A stretch of 62,510 nucleotides of DNA, counting the filler, from an uncultured Thermoplasmatales archaeon (lineage in GTDB: Archaea; Thermoplasmatota; E2; DHVEG-1), in the NCBI GenBank assembly GCA_964517155.1. It is 5 parts of 5 records of this genome, joined end to end, with 100 filler letters (N's around TTAATTAATTAA, not from the genome) between each part and the next. Parts side by side here need not be neighbours in the genome. Positions count along the whole stretch, not along the records: positions 22,324 to 50,941 come from CAZFAZ010000051.1; 4 more parts are not named here. The stretch is one strand, 5' to 3'. Positions 31,455-41,748 of the stretch are shown here, piece after piece. Position 1 is the stretch's first letter; each line of letters opens with the position of its first letter. The notes under the pieces were generated by a model. It saw nothing but the letters and a program-made list of their open reading frames with translations. It made no database searches and was not told where the DNA came from. The position numbers and the translations under genes were made by a program.

Positions 31455-31568
31455 ATGATGATTGTAGGTCAAATATCAAACGAACAAGAAGCAAAAGAAA
31501 TGGAATTTGTAGCAAAATGCCTAGTTGTTGGAAACAGAGCAAGAGTTCTTGCAGCACAAATAAAATAA
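31455..31568 (+). CDS. Putative 37-aa micro-protein (MMIVGQISNEQEAKEMEFVAKCLVVGNRARVLAAQIK)
   Basis: Strong SD GAGGAG; TATA-like TTTAAA upstream; not in the supplied ORF track. Confidence 0.5.
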   Translation: MMIVGQISNEQEAKEMEFVAKCLVVGNRARVLAAQIK

Positions 31569-31680
31569 AAAAGGGTTGAGCTAAAAAATGAATAACAACT
31601 CAAAAGAAAAACAAAAATATAAAAAAACAGTTCCAAAAGAAATAAAGATAATATGGGTTAATTACTAAAAAATTATTTTT

Positions 31681-32112
31681 TTAGTCTCTCCAATCAGATC
31701 TGACCCAGGTCTGCATAAACCTTTTTGAAATATCTGGTCTTGCACGAGATATATCTGTAACAGTTATTATTCCAACTACTTCTTCGTTTATCAAAACAGG
31801 TAATTTTTTAATCTTGTTTTGAAACATTACTTCAATTGCTTTATCAATAGTTTCAAGTGCATGAATTGTTTTCATGTTCTTTGACATAATATCACCGATT
31901 TTTGTGACATACGGATCACGACGGGCACAAATGGTCCTTTCTATAATATCACGCTCTGTGATAATACCAACACAACTAGCCATATCTGTTACAATTAAAC
32001 AACCAATCTTATAATCCTTATACATGTTACACGCATCAAAAATTGTTTTGTTTTTATCTATTGTAAAAACTTTTTTTGTCATTACTTCTTTTACAAGCAC
32101 GTTATATTCCAC
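31681..32112 (-). CDS. CBS-pair protein
   Basis: VKEVMTK, GIITERDI, KKLPV, GIITVTDI. Confidence 0.9.
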   Translation of the reverse strand: MEYNVLVKEVMTKKVFTIDKNKTIFDACNMYKDYKIGCLIVTDMASCVGIITERDIIERTICARRDPYVTKIGDIMSKNMKTIHALETIDKAIEVMFQNKIKKLPVLINEEVVGIITVTDISRARPDISKRFMQTWVRSDWRD

Positions 32113-32178
32113 CTAAACAAAAAAGGTAAACAGAAAATATACTTAAATAACAAACGCATAATGTCAAAATGATACATA

Positions 32179-32691
32179 TTGAAAATAAAAAATAGAAATG
32201 AGATATTAAACGATGTGATACGAGACGGAAAAAAACATCCTTCTGATTGGCAAGCTATATTTGGAGAAGACAACCAAAGATTAACAAGAGACTGCTACAT
32301 AATGAACCCAAACATCGGTATATACTACATGAAAGAATACAACAAAAATCCATTTATTGTAAAAGGAATAGGTAGTAAAGTTGCAAGAAAAATCGATGAT
32401 GAAATAGAAAATCAAATTTCAAAGAACCAGGGAGATTTTGGTATAATACAAGGAGATTTCCAAAAAATACTTAAAAACATTAAAAGAGGAATAAAACCAG
32501 AAAAAATATTTAATGAGGCAATAAAAGGAAAAAAAGATTTAGGTCTTAAAATACCAGTACGTGGTAAAGCATCCTCTTCAGAAGAACAATTTAAAAATAT
32601 TAATCAGACACTTTCGAATAATAGAAAAAAAATAAATTCAAAAATAGAAGAAATAGCAAATGAAGACGGATTATACAAATCCTATGAATAA
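32179..32691 (+). CDS. Conserved archaeal hypothetical protein
   Basis: 170-aa ORF filling the intergenic space; KEYNKNPF..KGIG..VARKID. Confidence 0.7.
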   Translation: MKIKNRNEILNDVIRDGKKHPSDWQAIFGEDNQRLTRDCYIMNPNIGIYYMKEYNKNPFIVKGIGSKVARKIDDEIENQISKNQGDFGIIQGDFQKILKNIKRGIKPEKIFNEAIKGKKDLGLKIPVRGKASSSEEQFKNINQTLSNNRKKINSKIEEIANEDGLYKSYE

Positions 32692-32695
32692 ACAG

Positions 32696-34012
32696 TTACT
32701 CCAGATATTTATCAACTTGTTTTTCAGCATTTTTTCTCTTATTTTGAATATCTATTAACATTTTTTCCATAAGCTCTGCAGCATATTTTTTACATTGACC
32801 ACACATTTTTTTACCGTTTTTACAATCACTGCATATTTGCAATAACTCTTTATCATTTTCTATTAGATGATATAAAAACAATTCATATACGACACATTCA
32901 TCTGGTTTGCCGCCGTTTTTCTTTTGTTCTTCAAGTGTTACAGCACCACCAGTTTTTGCAGACATAATCTTTTTTCTTGCTTGTTCTGGTGTGTCAGTTA
33001 AAAATATTGCACTTTCAGGCTTTGAAGAGCTCATCTTCTCACCAGTAAGCCCAGTTATAAAACGATGAAACGTAGCAGAAGGTGCAAAAAAACCGTATCC
33101 TTCAAAAACAGGTTCTGTTTTAACAATTGCTTCATCAATTAAAGGAATATCTTCTTCTTTTGCATCATTTATGTAAATTGCTTTATATTTAGTAATTCTT
33201 TTAAGTTTTGTAAACTTTAATTTAACAAGTATTTTTTCTGCATTGTCAAGCAACTTTTCTACATTTTCATCAACTTTTACAAAGACACCAATTCTTTCGT
33301 CTTTTGTAACAGTTACATTATACAGACGATGACTCTGTGCTATATCCCTGCAAAGTCTAATATGAGGATCTTGATCAACACCAACTGGTACAAGTGTTGG
33401 TCGTCCACCACCATATTTTTTTAATTGTACATGAAGAATATCTCCTGTTTGAATTAGTGGAGAAAAAATATGTGCCATACTGGTAGAGCCTACAAAACCA
33501 TAGGTTGACTGCATTTGAGACCAGTTTATTTTTTTACCAAGTAGATATGCAAGGTCTTTTACATCAGAATTTTTTGATTGGAAATAAATACGACATTTCT
33601 CTGGTTTAAGACCAAGGGCAATATAGTTTTTTATATATTCATTAATTGCAAATTCTTTTGCTTGTTCAATTGTGTAATCACGTGTTGCAAACGCCTCTAG
33701 ATCTGCAACTGCAATATTTATATCTGCACCAATGCTCTGATAATAGATTACTTGGTCAATTACCATCTTATGACCCAAGTGCATTTTACCAGAAGGCATA
33801 AGCCCTGTTAGTATCGCCCATGGTTTTTTGTTTTGTACTGCATCTTTAATTTGCAAAAAACCTCTATGGCCTATTATTACACCACGTATGAGAAGCTTGT
33901 GAGGATGAGGTAAATCTTTGTATAATTCCTCTGAAAATTCCTCTATTCCAAACTCATCACGAAGTCTTGTATAATCCTGATATGTTGTTGAACTCCAAGG
34001 ATCTATTTTCAT
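32696..34012 (-). CDS. trpS: Tryptophanyl-tRNA synthetase
   Basis: IDPW, PSGKMHLGH, PVGVDQDPH, KMSSS. Confidence 0.96.
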   Translation of the reverse strand: MKIDPWSSTTYQDYTRLRDEFGIEEFSEELYKDLPHPHKLLIRGVIIGHRGFLQIKDAVQNKKPWAILTGLMPSGKMHLGHKMVIDQVIYYQSIGADINIAVADLEAFATRDYTIEQAKEFAINEYIKNYIALGLKPEKCRIYFQSKNSDVKDLAYLLGKKINWSQMQSTYGFVGSTSMAHIFSPLIQTGDILHVQLKKYGGGRPTLVPVGVDQDPHIRLCRDIAQSHRLYNVTVTKDERIGVFVKVDENVEKLLDNAEKILVKLKFTKLKRITKYKAIYINDAKEEDIPLIDEAIVKTEPVFEGYGFFAPSATFHRFITGLTGEKMSSSKPESAIFLTDTPEQARKKIMSAKTGGAVTLEEQKKNGGKPDECVVYELFLYHLIENDKELLQICSDCKNGKKMCGQCKKYAAELMEKMLIDIQNKRKNAEKQVDKYLE

Positions 34013-34076
34013 AAATTATCAATTATGATAAACAAAATCAGTTTCAAAAACTTACCGTTACTTTTAATTAAAAATA

Positions 34077-34164
34077 CGCTGAGGGGGAGATTCGAACTCC
34101 CGCCCCCCGTGAGGAGGACCGGCTCTCAAGGCCGGCGCGGTAGGCCGTGCTTTGCTACCTCAGC
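34077..34164 (-). tRNA. tRNA-Ser(TGA)
   Basis: GCTGAGG...CCGGC CT TGA GA GCCGG, long variable arm, GTTCGAATC, CCTCAGC-G. Confidence 0.95.
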
Positions 34165-34233
34165 ATAAAAAAACAATCAATTAAGAAATGTAATAAAAAA
34201 TTAATTAAAAAGAGTTTTTGAAAAAAAAATAGT

Positions 34234-34545
34234 TTATGAGCGCAATACAATCTCAATGTTTACTCCATCAGGAACCTGTATACGCATTAACTGACGAAGT
34301 GCTCTATCACTTGCATCAAGATCTATTAAACGTTTATGTATGCGCATTTCCCAGTGATCCCAAGTTTCAGTTCCTTCACCATCTGGCGATTTTCTACATG
34401 GAACTTTTAAATGTTTTGTTGGAAGTGGAATAGGGCCACTCATCTCAACACCCGTTCGCTCTGCAATCATTTTAATCTGACCGCAAACTTCATCTAGTTT
34501 TTTAGAATCAGTGCTTACCAATGAAATCCTTGCTTTTTGTGCCAT
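34234..34545 (-). CDS. rpsJ: 30S ribosomal protein uS10
   Basis: [27 protein letters not shown]. Confidence 0.97.
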   Translation of the reverse strand: MAQKARISLVSTDSKKLDEVCGQIKMIAERTGVEMSGPIPLPTKHLKVPCRKSPDGEGTETWDHWEMRIHKRLIDLDASDRALRQLMRIQVPDGVNIEIVLRS

Positions 34546-34607
34546 TATATGTTTACCCCAAAAAATTTTATTTTTAAAAAGATTTTTAAAATAAAAAATT
34601 TAGAAGC

Positions 34608-35891
<1,284 letters not shown>

Positions 35892-36019
35892 AATTTTATT
35901 TCCTCCTTTTTAATCAAATTAATTTCTATTTTATAGACTTTTCCTTTTTAAGGTTTGATAGGCGTATAGGATTCCTATTTATAAGTTTTATTCTTATAAA
36001 AATTGCTATTTTATAGGAG

Positions 36020-36093
36020 TGGGCTCGTTGAGATTCGAACTCAAGACCTCCGCCATGTCAAGGCGACGTCATAACCAGCTAGACCACGAGCCC
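36020..36093 (-). tRNA. tRNA-Val(GAC)
   Basis: GGGCTCG TGGTCTAGCTGG...TCGCC TT GAC AT GGCGG...GTTCGAATC...CGAGCCC-A. Confidence 0.95.
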
Positions 36094-36184
36094 TGAAATT
36101 ATACTTTTTAAAGCAGTGAAATAAACAATTGTTTTTTAAATGTTTCAGTCTAAAATTAATAAAATATAGAATTTTTAAGATTTA

Positions 36185-36214
36185 TACATATGCATTTACA
36201 TATACACCTACTAA
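36185..36214 (+). promoter_or_regulatory. Tandem TACATA-like hexamers upstream of BRE/TATA
   Basis: TACATA TGCATT TACATA TACACC TACTAA followed by AAATAG TAATAAAG. Confidence 0.55.
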
Positions 36215-36275
36215 AAATAGTAATAAAGCCGTAATGTATTCTATTGTTTCCAAAAAAACCGGGAAGGGATGCATA

Positions 36276-36422
36276 ATGCAAAAAAAGAATATAAAAAATG
36301 AAACACGCAACAGTTTTTTTAATTTAATTAAAAGAGAAGATATTGAAGAATCAACTTTTGTTAACTGGATAGATGAATTACAAAGAGATTTACCTTCATT
36401 CTGGGAAGAAATGAATGAATAA
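36276..36422 (+). CDS. Putative 48-aa acidic micro-protein
   Basis: SD-like GGGAAGGG; MQKKNIK...WIDELQRDLPSFWEEMNE; promoter upstream. Confidence 0.55.
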   Translation: MQKKNIKNETRNSFFNLIKREDIEESTFVNWIDELQRDLPSFWEEMNE

Positions 36423-36492
36423 CAAATAATTCATTTATTTCTTATTACATTTTATTAAATATTAAATAGCTGAGTCTTCATTATCTATTTTT

Positions 36493-36894
36493 ATGAAATA
36501 TAAATCTCCAAAGATTACAGTAGATGGCATAATCATTAATGATAAACAGATTCTTTTAATTAAAAGAAATATAGAACCATTCAAAGATAAATGGGCGCTT
36601 CCTGGTGGACATGTAGATTATGGGGAAAGAGTAGAGGATGCTGCTATTCGCGAGGTTTTAGAAGAAACTGGTTTAAAAGTTGAAATAAAAAATCTGTTTG
36701 GAGTTTATTCTGATCCCAATCGTGATCCTCGTGGACATACTATTACTATTGTTTATCTGATGAATGTTATTGGCGGTAAGTTAGAAGGCGGCGATGATGC
36801 ATCTGATGCAAAGTTTTTTTATTTAGAAAATATCTCAAAGCTTGCATTTGATCATGATAAAATAATTAATGACTTTAAAAGGAGGTTGAAATAA
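36493..36894 (+). CDS. NUDIX hydrolase (ADP-ribose pyrophosphatase-like)
   Basis: Nudix box GGHVDYGERVEDAAIREVLEETG; RDPRGH, AFDH. Confidence 0.93.
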   Translation: MKYKSPKITVDGIIINDKQILLIKRNIEPFKDKWALPGGHVDYGERVEDAAIREVLEETGLKVEIKNLFGVYSDPNRDPRGHTITIVYLMNVIGGKLEGGDDASDAKFFYLENISKLAFDHDKIINDFKRRLK

Positions 36895-36897
36895 TTT

Positions 36898-37200
36898 ATG
36901 TTTTGTAAGAAATGTAAAGCATTGATGTATCCAGATAAAGAATTTATGATATGTCGTAAATGTGGATTTAAAAAGAAGAAAGAAGGAAGTACAGTCGTTG
37001 TCTCAAAACAGAAAGAAAAAGAGTTTACTGTGATTGAGGATAAAGAAAAAAATAATGTTTTACCTAAAACAAAAGCGTTGTGTGCTAAATGTGGCAACAC
37101 TGAAGCATACTGGATTATTCGTCAGATGAGAAGCAGCGATGAACCTGAGAGCAGGTTTTATACTTGTACTAAATGTGGTTATAAATGGAGAGAAGGATAA
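36898..37200 (+). CDS. tfs: Transcription factor S (TFS)
   Basis: Two zinc ribbons; QMRSSDE acidic hairpin. Confidence 0.92.
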   Translation: MFCKKCKALMYPDKEFMICRKCGFKKKKEGSTVVVSKQKEKEFTVIEDKEKNNVLPKTKALCAKCGNTEAYWIIRQMRSSDEPESRFYTCTKCGYKWREG

Positions 37201-37270
37201 AAAAAGAAACTTTTATATATTTTCAATCATATTATTTATTAATCTAATTAGTAATTAGGAGATTAAATCA

Positions 37271-37978
37271 ATGAATAAAAAAATAAATAATACGCTAGTA
37301 GTTTTATCTGTATTGCTTTTTGTTTTCTCATCTATGGGCTCTGCGTATGCTGCCAGTTTAACTGCTGAAAATGAAAAAAACTATAATGAATTAGAACAAA
37401 AAAGTATTACTATATATAGAATAGGACCAAATGGCGATATAATACCTATTAAAATAGACCTTGAAGAAAGCATAGAAGATATTGGAGCATTTATAGAAAA
37501 AAAATGCGATGAGCTTTTTGAAAAAGATTTAGAGTTACAAGAATATATAAAAACTTTACAGACAGATGAAAACAACACAAAAATCAATATTTCAGGCGCC
37601 TATGGAGTTATTCGTATAAAATCCCAGGGGCGAGGTTTTCATTTTAAAACAAAGACAAATGTTAGAATAACTACTCGTTTTAAACTTTTTAAAATCATGC
37701 TACCACGAATAATGATTTCTGCAAGAAAATGTTTAGTTTTTGCAAACTATGCAAATGATTCAAAAGCAAGAACTACGTTTTATCCTTTGATTAGATCTAA
37801 CTCAAATAACGATACAAATCTAACTGCTAAAATTGTTGAAGGCGCTCATAGTGTAATTGTTACTAAATTTACTGGTTATACAACATGGATTGGGCGTTTT
37901 TCCAATGTTTTATTTGATTTTGATATATTGCCACGTGCTTTTTCAGGTGTTGGGCGATTAGTAATCTGTAGTTCTTAA
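37271..37978 (+). CDS. Secreted hypothetical protein
   Basis: Signal peptide; SD AGGAG. Confidence 0.75.
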   Translation: MNKKINNTLVVLSVLLFVFSSMGSAYAASLTAENEKNYNELEQKSITIYRIGPNGDIIPIKIDLEESIEDIGAFIEKKCDELFEKDLELQEYIKTLQTDENNTKINISGAYGVIRIKSQGRGFHFKTKTNVRITTRFKLFKIMLPRIMISARKCLVFANYANDSKARTTFYPLIRSNSNNDTNLTAKIVEGAHSVIVTKFTGYTTWIGRFSNVLFDFDILPRAFSGVGRLVICSS

Positions 37979-38084
37979 TTATAAAAAATTCGTTTATACC
38001 GTCAGTGTTATAAACACTAAATGTATACAAAAAATTCAAAAAAAGTTTAGTGTTTCAAATATTTGAATTTGGGGAGGAAAAAAT

Positions 38085-38822
38085 ATGTTTAATGCAAAAG
38101 TAAAATCAGAGGTACTAAAAGGTATAATAGATGTGATATCACCACTTGTAAATGAGGTAAAATTTAACATTACATCAAAGGGTATATATTTAAGAGCAGT
38201 AGATCCCGCTCATGTTGCAATGGTTGATCTGGAAATAAAAAGCGATGCTTTTGATGAATACAAAGCATCTGATATGGAACTAGGCATAGACATGGATAAA
38301 TTTGCAAGTATTATGCGTCTTTCATCCAGCGGAGATGCAGTAGAAATAGAATATGATGAAGATACAAATAGATTGATAATTAAAATCGGCAATCTTGTTC
38401 GTAAAATGGGCCTTATAGATACAGCAGGTATGCCGGATCCTAAAATGCCAAATTTAAATCTTCCTGCAAAAGTAATATTAAAAGCAGCAGAGCTTACACA
38501 AGGAGTTCGTGCATCAGAAACAGTTTCTGACCATTTATCATTGACTGTAAACAAAGATAATTTTGAGTTGTTTGCAGAAGGAGATACTGATACTGTTAAC
38601 CTTAAGCTTCCTAAAGATTTACTTGTAGAACTTAACACAAATAGTAAATGCAAAAGTTTGTTTTCCATTGATTATTTCAGCAATATGATTAAACCAGTAA
38701 AAGGTGATGATCCTGTAACTATTATGATTGGTAATGACAACCCAATTCGTGTCGAATTTAACATTGCTGAAAACAAAGGTCATGTAACGTATTTACTTGC
38801 ACCAAGAATTGAATCAGAATAA
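38085..38822 (+). CDS. pcn: PCNA sliding clamp
   Basis: RAVDPAHVAMVDL; C-terminal YLLAPRIE. Confidence 0.97.
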   Translation: MFNAKVKSEVLKGIIDVISPLVNEVKFNITSKGIYLRAVDPAHVAMVDLEIKSDAFDEYKASDMELGIDMDKFASIMRLSSSGDAVEIEYDEDTNRLIIKIGNLVRKMGLIDTAGMPDPKMPNLNLPAKVILKAAELTQGVRASETVSDHLSLTVNKDNFELFAEGDTDTVNLKLPKDLLVELNTNSKCKSLFSIDYFSNMIKPVKGDDPVTIMIGNDNPIRVEFNIAENKGHVTYLLAPRIESE

Positions 38823-38859
38823 AAAAGATTCTTTAATCCTTTTCCTAGGAGGTTTTTTT

Positions 38860-39189
38860 ATAATAAAAGATGGAAAAAGAAAAAGATACATTGGTTTTAT
38901 AGTTAATACTAAAAATGAAGATATAATAGATAAAAAAGATTTGATTTTTGAAATTAGAAAACAATGTACAAAAATTTTTGATAGAGATTTTAAAAGTCTT
39001 GGCTTGTATCTAATAAACTACAATGAGCACGGCATGGGAATCCTCAGATGCAAACATACTGAAAAAGAAAACACAATAAAATTATTATTAGATATCAAAG
39101 AAATTGGTTCAAAAAAAGTAAGTATCAAAACAATTGCAACGTCTGGAACCATAAAAACATTAAAGCGTAAACACATGCCTAATTTTTAA
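38860..39189 (+). CDS. rnp2: RNase P protein Pop5/Rpp14
   Basis: RKRYIGF, GILRCKH, TIATSGTIK; probable ATA start after SD GGAGG (start uncertain). Confidence 0.8.
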   Translation: MIKDGKRKRYIGFIVNTKNEDIIDKKDLIFEIRKQCTKIFDRDFKSLGLYLINYNEHGMGILRCKHTEKENTIKLLLDIKEIGSKKVSIKTIATSGTIKTLKRKHMPNF

Positions 39190-39208
39190 AGAAAACTAAT
39201 TAATTTTT

Positions 39209-39244
39209 TGCATGTATATATGCATCTGTATATGCAGGTGAATA
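39209..39244. promoter_or_regulatory. Hexamer array upstream of EarA-like gene (candidate autoregulatory site)
   Basis: TGCATG TATATA TGCATC TGTATA TGCAGG TGAATA, then GATAAG TTATTAAA BRE/TATA. Confidence 0.5.
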
Positions 39245-39303
39245 ACCGGCTGAACGATAAGTTATTAAAAGAAGTTTACATTTCTATTTGTAGAAGTGGA
39301 TGG

Positions 39304-39637
39304 GATGCAGATAGGAGACAATGATGTTACTCCTGAGACTATACGCCCTCTTATTACGCGGAGTCTTAGGCGAAGTAGTGTACGTAAAAAAATTGCTGAA
39401 TACCTTTTTGATATTAGTCCTAGCGGCAGTTATACATCTGATATTGCATATAATGTTAAAACCACTCCAACAAATGTTATTGGTGCTATTCGTGGTATGA
39501 ACTCACGCTATCGTGATGATGAATCACTCATTGGCCTAAATATAGTTGAACAGATTCAAACAAATAAAAATGTTAAAATTTATCGTCTAACTGATTTTGG
39601 AAAAGAAATAATTAACTCAATGAAGGATAGAAGATAA
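39304..39637 (+). CDS. EarA-family (DUF1495-like) winged-helix transcription regulator
   Basis: RSLRRSSVRKKI...YL...SY.SDIA...TNVIGAIRGM..RY....SLI.L.IVE...YRLTDFGK. Alternative GTG start 39296. Confidence 0.8.
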
Positions 39638-39679
39638 AAAAATAAATGATTTGAGTAACACCTTTATAAGATTCTTGAT

Positions 39680-40420
39680 TTATCGTTTATCAGTATTCTT
39701 TAAATATTTTTTAATTTCACTTTGATTTAACTTAGTAAAAGACTTATTTTTTTCTATTATGCCTACCTCAAGTTTTTCAGGTAAAATCTTTTTACCAGTT
39801 GATTTTTTAATTGAATTTAAGCCAAGTAAAAATGCTTGTTCTAGACTCATATTTTTTTTATAATTTTTTTCCAAATATTTTAATACATTTTCATTTTTTT
39901 TACCTTCACACATAGCATTATATTCAAGAAACGAACCAGAGGGATCGGTTATAAAAAGATGTGGACCTTTGCAATCAATTCCACCTATGAACATGACCAC
40001 ACCAAAAGGCCGTACAGATTGATATCTTGAAAAAAGATTGATATACGCACAAAGATTTTCAACCAGATTTTTCAAAGGAATATCCTCATCATACCATAGT
40101 TTATTTATCTGTATTTCCTCCATTAAATAATCTATAAGTTGTCTTGCATCTGCAGACAAACCGCAAAAAGTACATGCAATCTGTTTATCAATTTTAAATA
40201 TTTTTTCCAAACTTGAAAACTCAACGGTTTTTAAGAAATCGTTTTTAAGCGCAATAAATAATACTCCATCTTCAAATTTTATCCCAATTGTAGTTGCTCC
40301 TTTTCTAACTGTTTCTCTAGCATATTCTACTTGATATAGCCTGCCCTGTGGCGAAAAAATCGTAATGTCTTCATCGTAAGAAGATTCTTCATCGGTCATA
40401 TTCTTATTCCTGCTAAACAT
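39680..40420 (-). CDS. psmA: Proteasome alpha-type subunit (divergent)
   Basis: TIFSPQGRLYQVEYA, KGATTIG, GLSADAR, RPFGV, TDPSG; start may be 40399. Confidence 0.85.
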   Translation of the reverse strand: MFSRNKNMTDEESSYDEDITIFSPQGRLYQVEYARETVRKGATTIGIKFEDGVLFIALKNDFLKTVEFSSLEKIFKIDKQIACTFCGLSADARQLIDYLMEEIQINKLWYDEDIPLKNLVENLCAYINLFSRYQSVRPFGVVMFIGGIDCKGPHLFITDPSGSFLEYNAMCEGKKNENVLKYLEKNYKKNMSLEQAFLLGLNSIKKSTGKKILPEKLEVGIIEKNKSFTKLNQSEIKKYLKNTDKR

Positions 40421-40564
40421 TCTAGAAAAATATTTTGAAAGGCTGTTACTGCAGAGGTATTTAAAAATTTATCTGAAAAAAATCTTGAATTTTTCAAAAA
40501 TAAAGTCGATATAATTATATACTACTTATATGGTAAATATATTGGACAATTTTAGTGGCCAAAC

Positions 40565-41692
40565 ATGCCTGATGAAGAAAAAAATAATAACCAAAATAAT
40601 GTAAACAAAAATGGTAATGGGGAACAAATTTTATCTCTTTTAGATGGCGCAAGATCTCAATTTCCAGCTATAGCACCTGAGCTTGAAATCCAAAAAAAAG
40701 TCGCAGCAGATAAATCTCGTCCATTAGACGAAAGACTTGAAGCTTTTGAAGATATCATTGACTCAGAGATAGGCGATACAAATCTTACTCGTGCAAGAAA
40801 CATTGAACGCGAGTTTGGACTACGTCAGATTTTTTTAAAGTTCGAAGGGAGTACTCCTACAGGAACTCAGAAAGATAGAATTGCTTTTGCACAAGTTATG
40901 GATGCATTACGCCGGGGTTATGATACAGTTACTGTTGCAACATGTGGTAATTATGGTGCTGCAATTTCTCTTGCAGCATCTCTTGCAGGCCTTGATTGTG
41001 AAATTTATATTCCTGAAAAATACCATACAGCACGCATAAAAGAAATTGAAGCAAATGGTGCAAGAATCTTTCGTGTCCCTGGAGATTATGAAAAATCAGT
41101 AATAATCTCTCAGGAAAACGCTGATAAAAAAGATTATTATGATGCAAATGCAGGAGGAGATAACACTCTGACTCAGCTACGTGCTTATGGTGAGATTGCT
41201 TATGAAATATACGATGAACTTCGTGATGCCCCTGCGTTTATTGCTATGCCTGTATCAAATGGAACTACACTTGCAGGAATCTATAAAGGCTTTGTAAGTT
41301 TATACAGACGAGGTAAAACCTCAAAAATTCCAAAGATTATAGCAGGTTCTGCATTTGGCAAAAATCCTATTATTCAAGCATATGTAAAAAACCTTCCAGC
41401 TTGTGAAGACTTACAACCAGATAAAATTCATGAAACAGCAGTTAATGAACCTTTGATTAATTGGAGGTCTATTGACGGAGATTATGCTCTTTCAGCTATA
41501 CGTAACTCTGGTGGTTGGGGGGCTTATGCAACTGACAAAAGCATGATTACCTATTCTAAAATGCTAAGGGAAAAAGAAGGACTTAGCGTACTACCTGCTT
41601 CAACCGCAGGTTTAATTGCACTACTGGATCGTCATAAAAAAGAAACGTTACCAAATGATCGATATGTTGTTGTTTTGACTGGGAGAAAGTAA
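40565..41692 (+). CDS. Fold-type II PLP enzyme (threonine synthase-like)
   Basis: LKFEGSTPTGTQKDR (PLP Lys), ATCGNYG, PVSNGT, VVLTG. Confidence 0.88.
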   Translation: MPDEEKNNNQNNVNKNGNGEQILSLLDGARSQFPAIAPELEIQKKVAADKSRPLDERLEAFEDIIDSEIGDTNLTRARNIEREFGLRQIFLKFEGSTPTGTQKDRIAFAQVMDALRRGYDTVTVATCGNYGAAISLAASLAGLDCEIYIPEKYHTARIKEIEANGARIFRVPGDYEKSVIISQENADKKDYYDANAGGDNTLTQLRAYGEIAYEIYDELRDAPAFIAMPVSNGTTLAGIYKGFVSLYRRGKTSKIPKIIAGSAFGKNPIIQAYVKNLPACEDLQPDKIHETAVNEPLINWRSIDGDYALSAIRNSGGWGAYATDKSMITYSKMLREKEGLSVLPASTAGLIALLDRHKKETLPNDRYVVVLTGRK

Positions 41693-41748
41693 ACTTGCAT
41701 TATAATTTGTTAATTTTTTGTTATCGGAGGGGGGGAAGATAAAGTTTA

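Noticed and set aside
40565..41692. Calling the PLP enzyme thrC
   Set aside because: It lacks threonine-pathway neighbours and sits in the DUF1611 cluster; the fold is supported but the reaction is not.
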